The translations under genes were made by a program, and so were the position numbers. The notes below the pieces were generated by a model, which was not told the DNA's origin, made no database searches, and saw only the letters and a program-made list of their open reading frames with translations. A stretch of DNA of 64,000 nucleotides from Promethearchaeota archaeon (GTDB lineage Archaea > Asgardarchaeota > Lokiarchaeia > Sigyniarchaeales > SOKP01): contig RDOA01000009.1 in the NCBI GenBank assembly GCA_011364925.1, positions 32,001-96,000 on the forward strand. The letters are read 5' to 3'. Of this stretch, positions 51,201-61,264 are shown piece by piece. The first letter of the stretch is position 1. Each line of letters begins with the position of its first letter.

Positions 51201-52712
51201 CTAATTAAGAGTTTTACCTATTTTCTTATTCTTTTTCAAAGATTTTCTAGACTGCCATGGATATATTGATATTGCTGTTACAAATGGTACCTTAGATCTT
51301 CCTATACGGAACAAGCTTCTCAATGATTTTCTGATTTCTGACATAAATTCATTTCTAATAATTTGATTTTTTACCTCTCCTTCTTCCTTGACTAATTTCA
51401 ATCGAAATAGTGCGAAAAGACCGATAAAAATAGCAATTATAAAGAAAAAATCTATTCCTTGTAATGATAGTATTTGAATGGTAGTACCTTCATTTGGAAA
51501 GTTCCAAGTTAAAGTCCAAGAAAAATTAGAAAATTCAAAAATATTTACTAAAAGTCCGCCAATAATAGGAGCAACTCCCAAGGAAATAGATGTGAATAAC
51601 GAAGCTATCGCTAGAAACCAATTAGCTTTTCCTCTTGGAGCTAATTTCAAACCAATATTGCTTAAGGAAAGAGAAGTTCCTGCTAGTGAAATTCCCATAA
51701 GAATATGTATTACAACTAATAATGGAATTGTTAATAAATATAATGCAGAAACTGATGTGAAAATCCAAGCTAAAATGCACAAAAGAAACATAGGACATGA
51801 TATACTCAATACAGATTTATTACTGAACTTATCAGAAAGAGAACCCCACAACTTTAAAAACATCAGATTTACAAGTTGGCTTATTACAGTGAAAACTACA
51901 ACTATAGTCAGACTTAAATGTAATTTTTCTAGCATATAAACTGTAAAAAAAGGTACTGTTAATCCAATTGTAAAATACCAAAAAAATAAAAAGATTAGAA
52001 GCTTTTTGAAATTCTTATCTTTATAAGGTTCAGAAATTGTTTGGAAGAATTTTGGTTTTCCATCTAATTTTATCATCATTGGTTCTGAAATTTTTGAAAT
52101 ATAATAGACGCTAATCAACCCAAATATAAATCCTAAAAAATACAAAATAGAATAACCAAAATCTTCTGCATTCACGAAATTAGTTTTCCAAAAATCGATA
52201 AAAATTCCAGCTAATAAATTTGTGATTAGTCCCATGAATGTTGATATTAGCAATCTTCTAGAAAAAAATTTGCCAAGTATTTTTTGAGGAATTAAATCAT
52301 GCATCCAAAAATTCCAAGCAGTATGTCCAATTGAAGCGAAGATAGATTGTAATGATAAAAAAATAATTAAAAAAATTAAACCTGATTCAGACTTGAAAAA
52401 AAATGGAACTAAACCTATTGTTAGGAGGCAAATTCTATATAAAGTTAGTGAAAAAACACTAATTGCCCGACGATTACGTAATTTTTCAATTAAAAAAATT
52501 GTGGGAATTTGAAAGAAATTGCATATTGTTGGAATCGCGCTCATTAGACCAATAATAAAAAAATTTGCTCCAAATCTCAGAGCAAAAGAAACTAATATTG
52601 GCCCTGTCGTTAAATTCACCATAATTTGGGAGATGTAACCATCTTTCGTAACGTTTTTCAACGAAAGTTCTATGTCATTTTCACTTAATGTCTCTTGAGT
52701 TGGAAGGAACAT
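51201..52712 (-). CDS. MFS transporter
   Basis: About 12 TM segments; WMHDLIP..GKFFSRR, WGSLSDKFSNK. Confidence 0.82.
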   Translation of the reverse strand: MFLPTQETLSENDIELSLKNVTKDGYISQIMVNLTTGPILVSFALRFGANFFIIGLMSAIPTICNFFQIPTIFLIEKLRNRRAISVFSLTLYRICLLTIGLVPFFFKSESGLIFLIIFLSLQSIFASIGHTAWNFWMHDLIPQKILGKFFSRRLLISTFMGLITNLLAGIFIDFWKTNFVNAEDFGYSILYFLGFIFGLISVYYISKISEPMMIKLDGKPKFFQTISEPYKDKNFKKLLIFLFFWYFTIGLTVPFFTVYMLEKLHLSLTIVVVFTVISQLVNLMFLKLWGSLSDKFSNKSVLSISCPMFLLCILAWIFTSVSALYLLTIPLLVVIHILMGISLAGTSLSLSNIGLKLAPRGKANWFLAIASLFTSISLGVAPIIGGLLVNIFEFSNFSWTLTWNFPNEGTTIQILSLQGIDFFFIIAIFIGLFALFRLKLVKEEGEVKNQIIRNEFMSEIRKSLRSLFRIGRSKVPFVTAISIYPWQSRKSLKKNKKIGKTLN

Positions 52713-52768
52713 AATAAACTTTATAGTTGAGCCTTTTTAGGAATTAGATTTATTATGAAGAAAATTGG

Positions 52769-53872
52769 TTATTGAATTAAGATTTTTTGCTTTTCACCCA
52801 GTTCTATCGACAATTCTTTTGTAATTTGTTTTTTAATTAACTCTTCTAAACCTAGTCCATGTATTGTTCTTCCCTCTTTCCTAAAATCTTTTCCACATAA
52901 TATTGAGGAGAGATTGATTACAGAGTCAATTATAGGCGTTTCAACACCTAAAAATTTAGCCAAAGATGAAATTGGTACTAACCCAGTTGGTACATCCTCG
53001 GTGAAATATCTTGTAATTAATTTATTTGGTGCATTTATATTTTCATAAGCCTTTATGTTTTGAATTGAATTATAAATATTATTCATTTTAACACCATATG
53101 ATTTGTTTACCCACTTGCTAAAATTTAATTGGTTTAATCCCAAAATTTTACATATTTTATTTAATTCAAGTTGAATAGTTTCAAGAACTTCGCATATCCT
53201 AGTCGTTGCACCCTCAGCATAGAACTTAAAATTTTTTCCACATTCCATAGCACCAGCATTTAATAACGAAAGTGTTGGATGTAACAACATCCCTATATTA
53301 TTCAATGTCATTTTAAGATAATCATCTACAGGATTTAACTGAGGAAATATCTCTTTTAGTGTATCATACACAAAAAAAGTATCTTTATCGGGAAATGCAG
53401 CAAAATCGATAAGATTTTTGATTTTAAGTATCTTTACTTTATTTTTTTTCAGTTGCCTTGAAGTAAATATAAGTGTTTGGGTTTCAGCGATAAAAATAGG
53501 GAATAATACCCCTTTTTTTTCAATCGTATGCCGAAATTCAACAGCACCAAAAGTTCTTCCAGGGTTTAAGAGTATTATCTGATCGGGTGAAAGATAAGGC
53601 GCAATTTTTTCAGCAATATCTTTATGTGCTGAAGCGGGGACAACAATTAAGATGATATCAACATTTTTTACTGCCTCTTTTAAATCCTGTGTAACTAAAT
53701 TGCATGGATAGTTGCCTTTAATTTCGCCTAAGACACTAATTCCCCCATTCTTCTTTATATCTATGATTCTTGAAAAAGTACGATTATAGAGATTAACTTG
53801 ATATCCATTGGATGATAAATATGCTGCAAAAGCTCGACCACCATTTCCAGCACCGATTATACAAAACTTCAT
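52769..53872 (-). CDS. NAD(P)-dependent opine (octopine/nopaline) dehydrogenase family
   Basis: IIGAGNGG, LNPGRTFG, LNNIGMLLHP, FY.EG.T, RYFTEDVPTGLVP. Confidence 0.88.
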   Translation of the reverse strand: MKFCIIGAGNGGRAFAAYLSSNGYQVNLYNRTFSRIIDIKKNGGISVLGEIKGNYPCNLVTQDLKEAVKNVDIILIVVPASAHKDIAEKIAPYLSPDQIILLNPGRTFGAVEFRHTIEKKGVLFPIFIAETQTLIFTSRQLKKNKVKILKIKNLIDFAAFPDKDTFFVYDTLKEIFPQLNPVDDYLKMTLNNIGMLLHPTLSLLNAGAMECGKNFKFYAEGATTRICEVLETIQLELNKICKILGLNQLNFSKWVNKSYGVKMNNIYNSIQNIKAYENINAPNKLITRYFTEDVPTGLVPISSLAKFLGVETPIIDSVINLSSILCGKDFRKEGRTIHGLGLEELIKKQITKELSIELGEKQKILIQ

Positions 53873-55618
53873 TTATATATCACCTAATAGAGAGATTCTT
53901 TGATGCAAGACATTGTTTTTTATAATATCGGATTGGTTTGAGATAACATCTTTAATCCTCTGTATTTCATCGTATCTTTTTTGTCTTAAATTATCCCAGG
54001 AGTTGCATTCTCCATCAATTATTTTAGTTTTGATTTTACCTAAAGCAAATTTGTTATTTTTTAAATGTGGAGCATCGAATATTCCATATTTGACTAACCG
54101 GTTTAAAACGTTAGGATTGATATATGGGTTGCTACGCTCATCTTTATTTTTAGCGAGTGAAGGTATTAGATTAATAATCCATTTTGCTTGTTTGATTAAC
54201 TCTTCTTTTCTTTTGAGTATATGACTATCAATCATATTAATTTCGCTTGAATACATTCTACTTATAACTTGGTCCACTATTTTGCAACTTTCAATTACAT
54301 CTTCTGGAAGAGCAACATGGTTAGCTTCCGAATAACTTACTACATGAACAATGTCTGGTTTCAAAGTTAATTGAACCATAGTTGCCGCTGCCAACTGGCC
54401 CTTAGCTTTATTTAAATCTAGTGGAAAACTAGCTAAGCCAGTCCTCACTTGTTTTATGACAGAAAAGTTATTGTCTGTCAAAGAGTGAAGTAATTCGTTT
54501 TTTGCGAGCATTTTAGCTAAATCCATATTGAATGAACTTGCAGGTGGGGTGTTAAACATATATTGTGCTATAAAATATCTAACTCCTAACATTTTGGCGA
54601 TGATTCCACAAAGATACATATCTGCGACAGCAATACAGTCTGGGGCATCTCGTAAACTCCAATGGTGAGCATCATTGATTTCAACAGGAATGTCGTTTTC
54701 TCCATGCCATTTTATTACTGCCAAATGTTGCTTTATTGATTCTTTTAGGGTTAAGGGACCACGACCGTCCATCTGATTAAACCAGAAAATGGGTATAGCA
54801 GCCCAAGCATTTTTAATTGTAGCCCTAAATAATTTAGCTAATTCTATAAAATCACGTGTGCCAGCATATATTCGCAATAAAGGATGGTTTCCAGTTAATC
54901 TTGCCTTATTCAATTTTAAAAGATCTTCTTTAGATCTTATAGGCACTCCTCCTGCTCCGGATAATTCTTTATTATTATCTTCGGGATGAAAAAAATTAAC
55001 TTGAGTATTTTGATCTGGTGCAATTGAGACTATGTCTAAAACTTCGGAGTCTGCAATCTTCTTAATTCCTTCAATAGTATCCCTCAAATTAGGTAATCCA
55101 AAATGAGCTCTTATTACTGGAAATGGTTTTTTCCATTTTATTCGTGAGATTAAATCTCTTGGAATTGTTTCTTTTTTCTCATATTCAACCAAATCATTTC
55201 TTAAAGTGGAAATTATTTTATGTTTTGATTCCCCGCCAATAAAAAATTCATGAAAAAGATTAATTTCTTTAGCAACTTTAACTGTTTCGGGAGTTCCTGC
55301 AAAAAACAGCCTTGAAGGTCTTTCTTCTAGTTTCTTATAATGTACTTTCAGCTCTCTAAGTATAGGTCTCAATGTAGAAGGCGTTAACCTGTAACTTAGT
55401 CCTAGGATGCTTGGATTAAATATTTTTATTTTATTAATAATTGCTGGAATCTCAGTTGCAGGACCTAAGAATAAACAATCAAATCCCAATTGGGTTGCTA
55501 TATCCATAAAATTATGAACTCCTGCTATATGAACACATTGACCAAGACATGCTGTTAAAATTTTCCTTACATGCTGTTTTCTATAGTTATTACTATTAGC
55601 TTTAGCCACATTGATCAC
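53873..55618 (-). CDS. Cobalamin-binding domain protein with uncharacterised C-terminal catalytic domain
   Basis: N-terminal GQCVHIAG (DxHxxG variant), FLG, GLSYRL; large C-terminal alpha/beta region. Confidence 0.75.
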   Translation of the reverse strand: MINVAKANSNNYRKQHVRKILTACLGQCVHIAGVHNFMDIATQLGFDCLFLGPATEIPAIINKIKIFNPSILGLSYRLTPSTLRPILRELKVHYKKLEERPSRLFFAGTPETVKVAKEINLFHEFFIGGESKHKIISTLRNDLVEYEKKETIPRDLISRIKWKKPFPVIRAHFGLPNLRDTIEGIKKIADSEVLDIVSIAPDQNTQVNFFHPEDNNKELSGAGGVPIRSKEDLLKLNKARLTGNHPLLRIYAGTRDFIELAKLFRATIKNAWAAIPIFWFNQMDGRGPLTLKESIKQHLAVIKWHGENDIPVEINDAHHWSLRDAPDCIAVADMYLCGIIAKMLGVRYFIAQYMFNTPPASSFNMDLAKMLAKNELLHSLTDNNFSVIKQVRTGLASFPLDLNKAKGQLAAATMVQLTLKPDIVHVVSYSEANHVALPEDVIESCKIVDQVISRMYSSEINMIDSHILKRKEELIKQAKWIINLIPSLAKNKDERSNPYINPNVLNRLVKYGIFDAPHLKNNKFALGKIKTKIIDGECNSWDNLRQKRYDEIQRIKDVISNQSDIIKNNVLHQRISLLGDI

Positions 55619-55972
55619 TTTTTTTGTAGTTTTTAATAAACTAATTCTCAGTTATTCGAAGAATAAGCTTGAATTTCATTCAAAAGCCAATTGATAACGA
55701 TCTAAAAATAGGTATATTTACCGTAATATTGGAGCAGAGATCAATTGACATAGTTAACTCTATATTATTCTAGAAATGTTGGGTATTTAAATATAATGTT
55801 CATTTAAATATAAGTGAATCTATTCAATATATAAAAAAATAACTTATTAAATAATTATTTATTTATATAAATTTAATTAGTATATGTACTTTTAAATAGT
55901 ACAAATTACAATTATATATGAACAATAATTATTTTGTGTAAAGGAATAAATTATATCAGTTGGTGAAAGGAT

Positions 55973-56197
55973 TTCTCAGCTAGGTCTTCACACAAGAAAA
56001 CCAAATTACAGATTTTAGAAAATATATTTAAAGTATTAGATGATGGAAAATTTCATACAATTAGTGAAATTTCTCAATTAACCAATTCGAACTGGAACAC
56101 TATAAAAAGGCAAATTCAGTTCATACAGAAGGTACAAGAATTACCCAAAATTGATTTAATTCACGCTTCAAAGCAAATATTAGTGAGAAAGATTTAA
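55973..56197 (+). CDS. Small winged-helix protein lacking a canonical start codon (not in ORF track); possible pseudogene
   Basis: Open frame SARSSHKKTKLQILENIFKVLDDGKFHTISEISQLTNSNWNTIKRQIQFIQ...VRKI*; GGTGA SD-like motif at 55962-55966. Confidence 0.6.
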   Translation, partial: FSARSSHKKTKLQILENIFKVLDDGKFHTISEISQLTNSNWNTIKRQIQFIQKVQELPKIDLIHASKQILVRKI

Positions 56198-56454
56198 TTT
56201 GAATAAGAGAATGATATAATTCTCTAAAACTAGTAAATAAGTTAATTTTTTTCTATTTGGATAAAGTTTGCTTTCTTTCTTCATTCTGAAAGGCAAACTT
56301 AGAGTATAGAAGAATATTCTCAATTAAATATTTAATAATAACTTTGAGAAAGAAAAAATTGATGTAAAAATGGTGGGAATATTAGCAATTTATAAGAAGA
56401 AGAAATTGAATGAGGATTTATTAAGAATAATTTTGTAATAGAAGGCGATGAGTA

Positions 56455-57084
56455 TTGAATTTAAAAAAAGAAGGAGGAAGTCAACAAATTATGGAAGGAA
56501 AAGGAAGTAGTATTGATAAGAATCGTTTGAGCTTGAGTGAGTCTGAAGAATATCACATTTTTTCAAATCTATTAAAGAGATTAAATCATAGCAAAATTAC
56601 AAGTATGGAAAAGATTTTAATAATTGGAGACTCTCTAATAGAAATTTATTTGCAATTAATTAAGATTTCTCCAAATGCGCGATTTTATATTACAAATAGT
56701 TCAAATAAGGTTTTAGAGTCCTTTAAAAAATATACTAAGAATTATGAAAATTATTCCACTTGTATTCTTGATGTTTCTAAAGGAGTCTCACTTCATGATT
56801 TTGTTTTTTATAATGGTAAATTTGATTTAGTTATCGCTAACAAAGCTTATTCCCAATTAAGTAAAAAGAAAAGAAATCTTTCATTAAAATTCCTATATAA
56901 ACATTACTTGCGTGAAAATGGGATATTATCTATAATTAGTTATATAAGAGATACTATTCAAGGTGGTAAATTTAACTTTATAAGAAATATTAAACCCGTT
57001 TTAGAAAAAGAAATTTCAATAGAAAATAAAAAAAATTCAATTCAATTTAGTTTTTTTAGGAAAAATAAACGTTTTCCGAGTTAG
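56455..57084 (+). CDS. Degenerate class I SAM-methyltransferase-fold protein
   Basis: KILIIG, FDLVIAN, LRENGILSI pattern; no intact GxGxG. Confidence 0.5.
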   Translation: MNLKKEGGSQQIMEGKGSSIDKNRLSLSESEEYHIFSNLLKRLNHSKITSMEKILIIGDSLIEIYLQLIKISPNARFYITNSSNKVLESFKKYTKNYENYSTCILDVSKGVSLHDFVFYNGKFDLVIANKAYSQLSKKKRNLSLKFLYKHYLRENGILSIISYIRDTIQGGKFNFIRNIKPVLEKEISIENKKNSIQFSFFRKNKRFPS

Positions 57085-57203
57085 GCGCTACTTGATGAAG
57101 TATGATGAGCATGAAAAGCATAAAAATTAAAGTTTCTTATTTTAGTATTGTAGCGATTGCACTTGTTTTTATAAATTTTTAATTATCTCTTTAAAAATGA
57201 ATT

Positions 57204-57839
57204 ATGAACAAAGTTTTAGATAAAATAAGACAAGACGGTAAGGAAATTATTACCTTGGAGGAATTAAGAAGTTATTGTAAAGAGTTGTATTTTAATTATA
57301 AAATTATTGGCAATTATTTGATTTCTCGAAAATTTTTAATAAAAATATTAGACGATACTTATTATGTAAAGACAGCAGAGGAGATTAATCAAAATAAGCT
57401 AAACGTTTCCGTTTCAGAGCTCCTCGGTAAAGCATTAGAATTAAAGAATATTAACAATTGGTACTTTGGTTTATATACAGCTTTAAACCTTAATGGAATT
57501 AAGTATGTTCATCAAGATGAATACTGCTATGTTATAAATAATCGAATTCTAATTAATAGACCAATAAAGGTTCTTGGTAAAAAATATAGGTTTTTAAGGT
57601 TTCAAGATAGTCTCTTTAATTTCGGAATAATAAATGGAAAAATTAAATATTCAGATCCAGAAAAAACAATATTAGATTTGTTATATTTGTGGGAATATAG
57701 TCAAAAAACCGAAAATAGAATAATTGTTGAATTGTTGAAATTGTTAGATGGAAACTCTAAAGAGAAGTTACTTGAATATTCGAAATCTTACCCTATATCT
57801 ACGATAAATATCTTGAACAAAGCCTTGAAAAATTTATAA
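57204..57839 (+). CDS. AbiEi-like (type IV TA antitoxin / transcriptional regulator) protein
   Basis: WYFGLYTALNLNG and YSDPEKTILDLLYL motifs. Confidence 0.65.
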   Translation: MNKVLDKIRQDGKEIITLEELRSYCKELYFNYKIIGNYLISRKFLIKILDDTYYVKTAEEINQNKLNVSVSELLGKALELKNINNWYFGLYTALNLNGIKYVHQDEYCYVINNRILINRPIKVLGKKYRFLRFQDSLFNFGIINGKIKYSDPEKTILDLLYLWEYSQKTENRIIVELLKLLDGNSKEKLLEYSKSYPISTINILNKALKNL

Positions 57840-57905
57840 TTATAATGTAACAATGTAATGAGAAAAAATCTAGATTATTCTTAATTTACATTTTAAATCT
57901 TAATT

Positions 57906-58109
57906 CTATTTCTTCGAATCTGAAAGTTTTTTGTCAATATAGTCCAATAAAATCAAATCTTCAGGCTTTAGCTCGGTTTTTTCTAAATCATTCGCTATCT
58001 CATTTAATATATTTTTCTTTTTGGAACGCTTTTTCATCCTTAAGATTATTTTATTCTTTAAATTCTCTCTTCTCTTCTTTAATTCTTTTTTATCTGCCAA
58101 AATCTTCAC
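57906..58109 (-). CDS. Small basic hypothetical protein
   Basis: 67-aa Lys-rich ORF in an intergenic gap. Confidence 0.4.
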   Translation of the reverse strand: MKILADKKELKKRRENLKNKIILRMKKRSKKKNILNEIANDLEKTELKPEDLILLDYIDKKLSDSKK

Positions 58110-58199
58110 TTTCTTGTGAATTTATATTGATGATAAATCTCAACATTAAATTTATAAATAACGATATTCCATAGGGTATCTCACAAAATTCAACCATAT

Positions 58200-59630
58200 T
58201 TAATCGTCACATACTTCTAATTTCATACAATCGTTTTTTTGTTCTTTCCCAAAGATGCTTTTGATTTGTTCAGCGATAATTTTTCCGTGAGCTACTGCTT
58301 CAACAACGCTTTTTGAGCCAGTAACACAATCGCCTCCAGCTAACACATCAGAAATAGATGTAATAAATCTTTTATTTACTATTATAGTATCTGCTTTACT
58401 AGTTTTTAATTTTTCAGTATCAAATCCGTTTAAATCAGGCTTTTGACCAATTGCTTCAATTATTAAATCAGCTTCAACCTGAAAATTAGAATCTTCGATG
58501 AGTATGGGAGTAGGTCTTCCACTTTGATCAATTTCTCCTAACTCCACTTTTTGGCAAACAGCACCTTGAAGTTCGTCTTCGGTGCATACATATTCTATGG
58601 GAGTTACTAAGAAGCTGATGGGGATACCTTCATCTTCGGTATCTCGAATTTCATGCTTTCCCGCAGGCATCTGTTGTTTTTCTCTCCGATAAAGGACGGA
58701 AACATCTGCTCCAAGACGCTTGCTAACTCTCGCAGCATCAGTTGCAGTGCTACCACCGCCAATAACAACAACTTTTCTTCCTTGTAAATTTGGAATTTGA
58801 TTGTTTAAATGAAAGTTTCTTAAAAATGTGATTCCTTGTAGCACTCTACTTGAATCCTTACCAGGAATATCCATTCGTCTTGGTTTATGAGTTCCAATTC
58901 CAATGACGATTATGTCATATCCTAAATCAAATAGATGTTCACAAGTAAAATCGTTACTTATACTTTTATTGAGAATAAATTTAATCCCTAACTTTTTTAT
59001 GTTTGAGATCTCATCATTAAGAATATTTCTTGGTAATCGAAATTCAGGGATTTCAAAAGCCATCATTCCTCCAAGTGAACCAGTTTTTTCATAAACTGTA
59101 ACAGAGATTCCATATTTTCGGAGGTAATAAGCAGTTGTTAGGCTTAATGGTCCAGAACCTATTATCGCAACTTTTTTACCTGTATCAGCTTTACGTTCAA
59201 AATAATCTTTAGAAGGTCCAAAATTATCTGCTAAAAAACGTTTTATTAGAGGGATTTGTATTGGATCCCCTTTCTTCCCAGCAGTACAATGAAGTTGACA
59301 ATATCCCGGACATATTCTTTCTACGCTCCTAGGAAAAGGATAATGTTCATATATAATTTTAAGAGCACTATCTATATCGTTTTCCATTACATTCTTGATA
59401 ATCTCTCTTGAATTACAATGAGTAGGACAAAATTCCATACATGGAGGGGGTTTTTCTTCAGGATCCTTATTTTTAAAGCATTGAAAGCATCTCTCACATT
59501 CTTCTTGTATCTCTTCAAGTTTTAAATAACCAAGGTTTACTTCATTAAAGTTCCCTATTCGTTTATTTGTGGGCAATGAGTGATTTTTAATGGCAATTTT
59601 ACTACGAATTTTTTGTTTTTCTCCACTCAA
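58200..59630 (-). CDS. GltD/SudA/NfnB-like FAD/Fe-S NAD(P)H oxidoreductase
   Basis: FNEVNLG, ERCFQC..PPC..CP, RICP..C, GSGP, GGGSTATDAAR, GGDCVTGSKSVVEAV. Confidence 0.88.
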   Translation of the reverse strand: MSGEKQKIRSKIAIKNHSLPTNKRIGNFNEVNLGYLKLEEIQEECERCFQCFKNKDPEEKPPPCMEFCPTHCNSREIIKNVMENDIDSALKIIYEHYPFPRSVERICPGYCQLHCTAGKKGDPIQIPLIKRFLADNFGPSKDYFERKADTGKKVAIIGSGPLSLTTAYYLRKYGISVTVYEKTGSLGGMMAFEIPEFRLPRNILNDEISNIKKLGIKFILNKSISNDFTCEHLFDLGYDIIVIGIGTHKPRRMDIPGKDSSRVLQGITFLRNFHLNNQIPNLQGRKVVVIGGGSTATDAARVSKRLGADVSVLYRREKQQMPAGKHEIRDTEDEGIPISFLVTPIEYVCTEDELQGAVCQKVELGEIDQSGRPTPILIEDSNFQVEADLIIEAIGQKPDLNGFDTEKLKTSKADTIIVNKRFITSISDVLAGGDCVTGSKSVVEAVAHGKIIAEQIKSIFGKEQKNDCMKLEVCDD

Positions 59631-59759
59631 TTAAGATCCCTTAAACACTACTTTCTATTAATGGAAAATTTCTAAATTGTTATAAATTTAGCAGTTATAA
59701 AACAAAAACCTAAAATTAGAATAAGTGTGAAGCCAAAACGATTACTTTTCGGAATTTTT

Positions 59760-61106
59760 TCATTCCAAATCTTCAATTATATCGTAAATTTTGTCAATTA
59801 GTAAGTTATTTTTTATAGTTTCCTGTTCTTCTGTCTTCATATTTCTCACTGTAACTTCGTTTTTTTCCATCTCCTTTGGACCAATTATTAAAGTAATTAA
59901 AACGCCTAATTCGTTTGCTCTACTCAATTGATTTTTAAGATTTGAAAATCGGTAATCAATGATACAAGGAAAATCTTCAGCTCTTATCATCTGAGCAAGT
60001 TTCAATGCATAATTGGACACTTTATCGTTGATTGAGGCAATATAGATTGTATCAGTGTAATCCTTTTCCCGAATTTCACTCGGGATTAGGTCGTACGTTT
60101 TTAGGAATAAAGAAAACATTAATATTCCCATTCCAAATCCTGTGCCAGTTATTTTCTCATCTGAAAACATTGATAATAAATCATCATATCTCCCTCCTCC
60201 GAAAATACTTCTTATATTATCCTTTCCAGTATCAAATACCTCGTAAATAATTCCGGTATAATAATCTAAGCCTCTTACCGTTCCCGAAGAAAAAGTACAA
60301 TATTTTGAAAGATTTAAATCATTTAGGAGCAAGTTAAAATTAGTTAGTTCTAGATAACCTTCAGATTTATAAAATTCTTCCGGAATGTTATCAAACTTAC
60401 TTAATAATTCATCAATACTCTTCGCATCTTTTAATTTAAGAATCCCTTGGATAATTATTTCATCTTGAAATGTATCTATTAAATATTTCTCAAACTCTGC
60501 ATCCTCCAATTTATTGGATTTATCTAAAGTTTTGTAAACTAAGGGAATTTTGCTCGGTTCAATTTCGATTATATATTTGCTTACTGCATCCATAAATCGT
60601 CGACTATTGAAGTATATTTGAAATTGATCTGATGTAGCTCCGAATTCATTGAATATATCTATGATAATATTAAATATTTCGAGATCAGCGTATAGGCTTT
60701 CTTCACCTAATATATCAACATTAGGTTGAAAAAAAGCACGACGACGACCTTTCTGAGGTCTTTCATACCTAAAGCAAGTTGGAGAACAAAACCATCGAAT
60801 AGGTTTTTTTAATTCTTGACTTTTTTTAGCGACCATTCGAGCTAACGAAGGTGTTAGCTCTGGTATCAAAATAAGCCTTTCTCCTTCTTTTTTTTCGATA
60901 ATAAATGATTGTTCATTAACTAATTCATCAGATGATTTCGCAGCAAATATTTCATAGGGTTCTACTTGTGGGGTTAGATACTCTTCATAACCATATCTTT
61001 CTGCTACATCTCTAATCGTATCAATTATCCAATTTACAACGCGTAAATCTTCTGGGTAATAATCGTCCATACCTCTAATAGGTTCCTTTGAAAATTTCTT
61101 GGACAT
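59760..61106 (-). CDS. hisS: Histidine--tRNA ligase
   Basis: RGMDDY, PELT, FRYERPQKGRRRAFFQ, VRGLDYYTG, GGGRYD. Confidence 0.96.
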   Translation of the reverse strand: MSKKFSKEPIRGMDDYYPEDLRVVNWIIDTIRDVAERYGYEEYLTPQVEPYEIFAAKSSDELVNEQSFIIEKKEGERLILIPELTPSLARMVAKKSQELKKPIRWFCSPTCFRYERPQKGRRRAFFQPNVDILGEESLYADLEIFNIIIDIFNEFGATSDQFQIYFNSRRFMDAVSKYIIEIEPSKIPLVYKTLDKSNKLEDAEFEKYLIDTFQDEIIIQGILKLKDAKSIDELLSKFDNIPEEFYKSEGYLELTNFNLLLNDLNLSKYCTFSSGTVRGLDYYTGIIYEVFDTGKDNIRSIFGGGRYDDLLSMFSDEKITGTGFGMGILMFSLFLKTYDLIPSEIREKDYTDTIYIASINDKVSNYALKLAQMIRAEDFPCIIDYRFSNLKNQLSRANELGVLITLIIGPKEMEKNEVTVRNMKTEEQETIKNNLLIDKIYDIIEDLE

Positions 61107-61264
61107 TAAATCACATCTATTCTGTATTACAACAATTAAAATTTAAAAAGAATCTTAACAATTAATTTTTTCGATATTTTTACATCAAAGACTAAAACAC
61201 TCTAAATTAAGTTTAATTAGAATTCCAATTTAATGATCTTAATACTTCTTAATTTATCAAGGAG

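Noticed and set aside
55619-55960. Cobalamin riboswitch upstream of the B12-binding gene
   Set aside because: Extremely AT-rich, with no B12-box or stable stems visible
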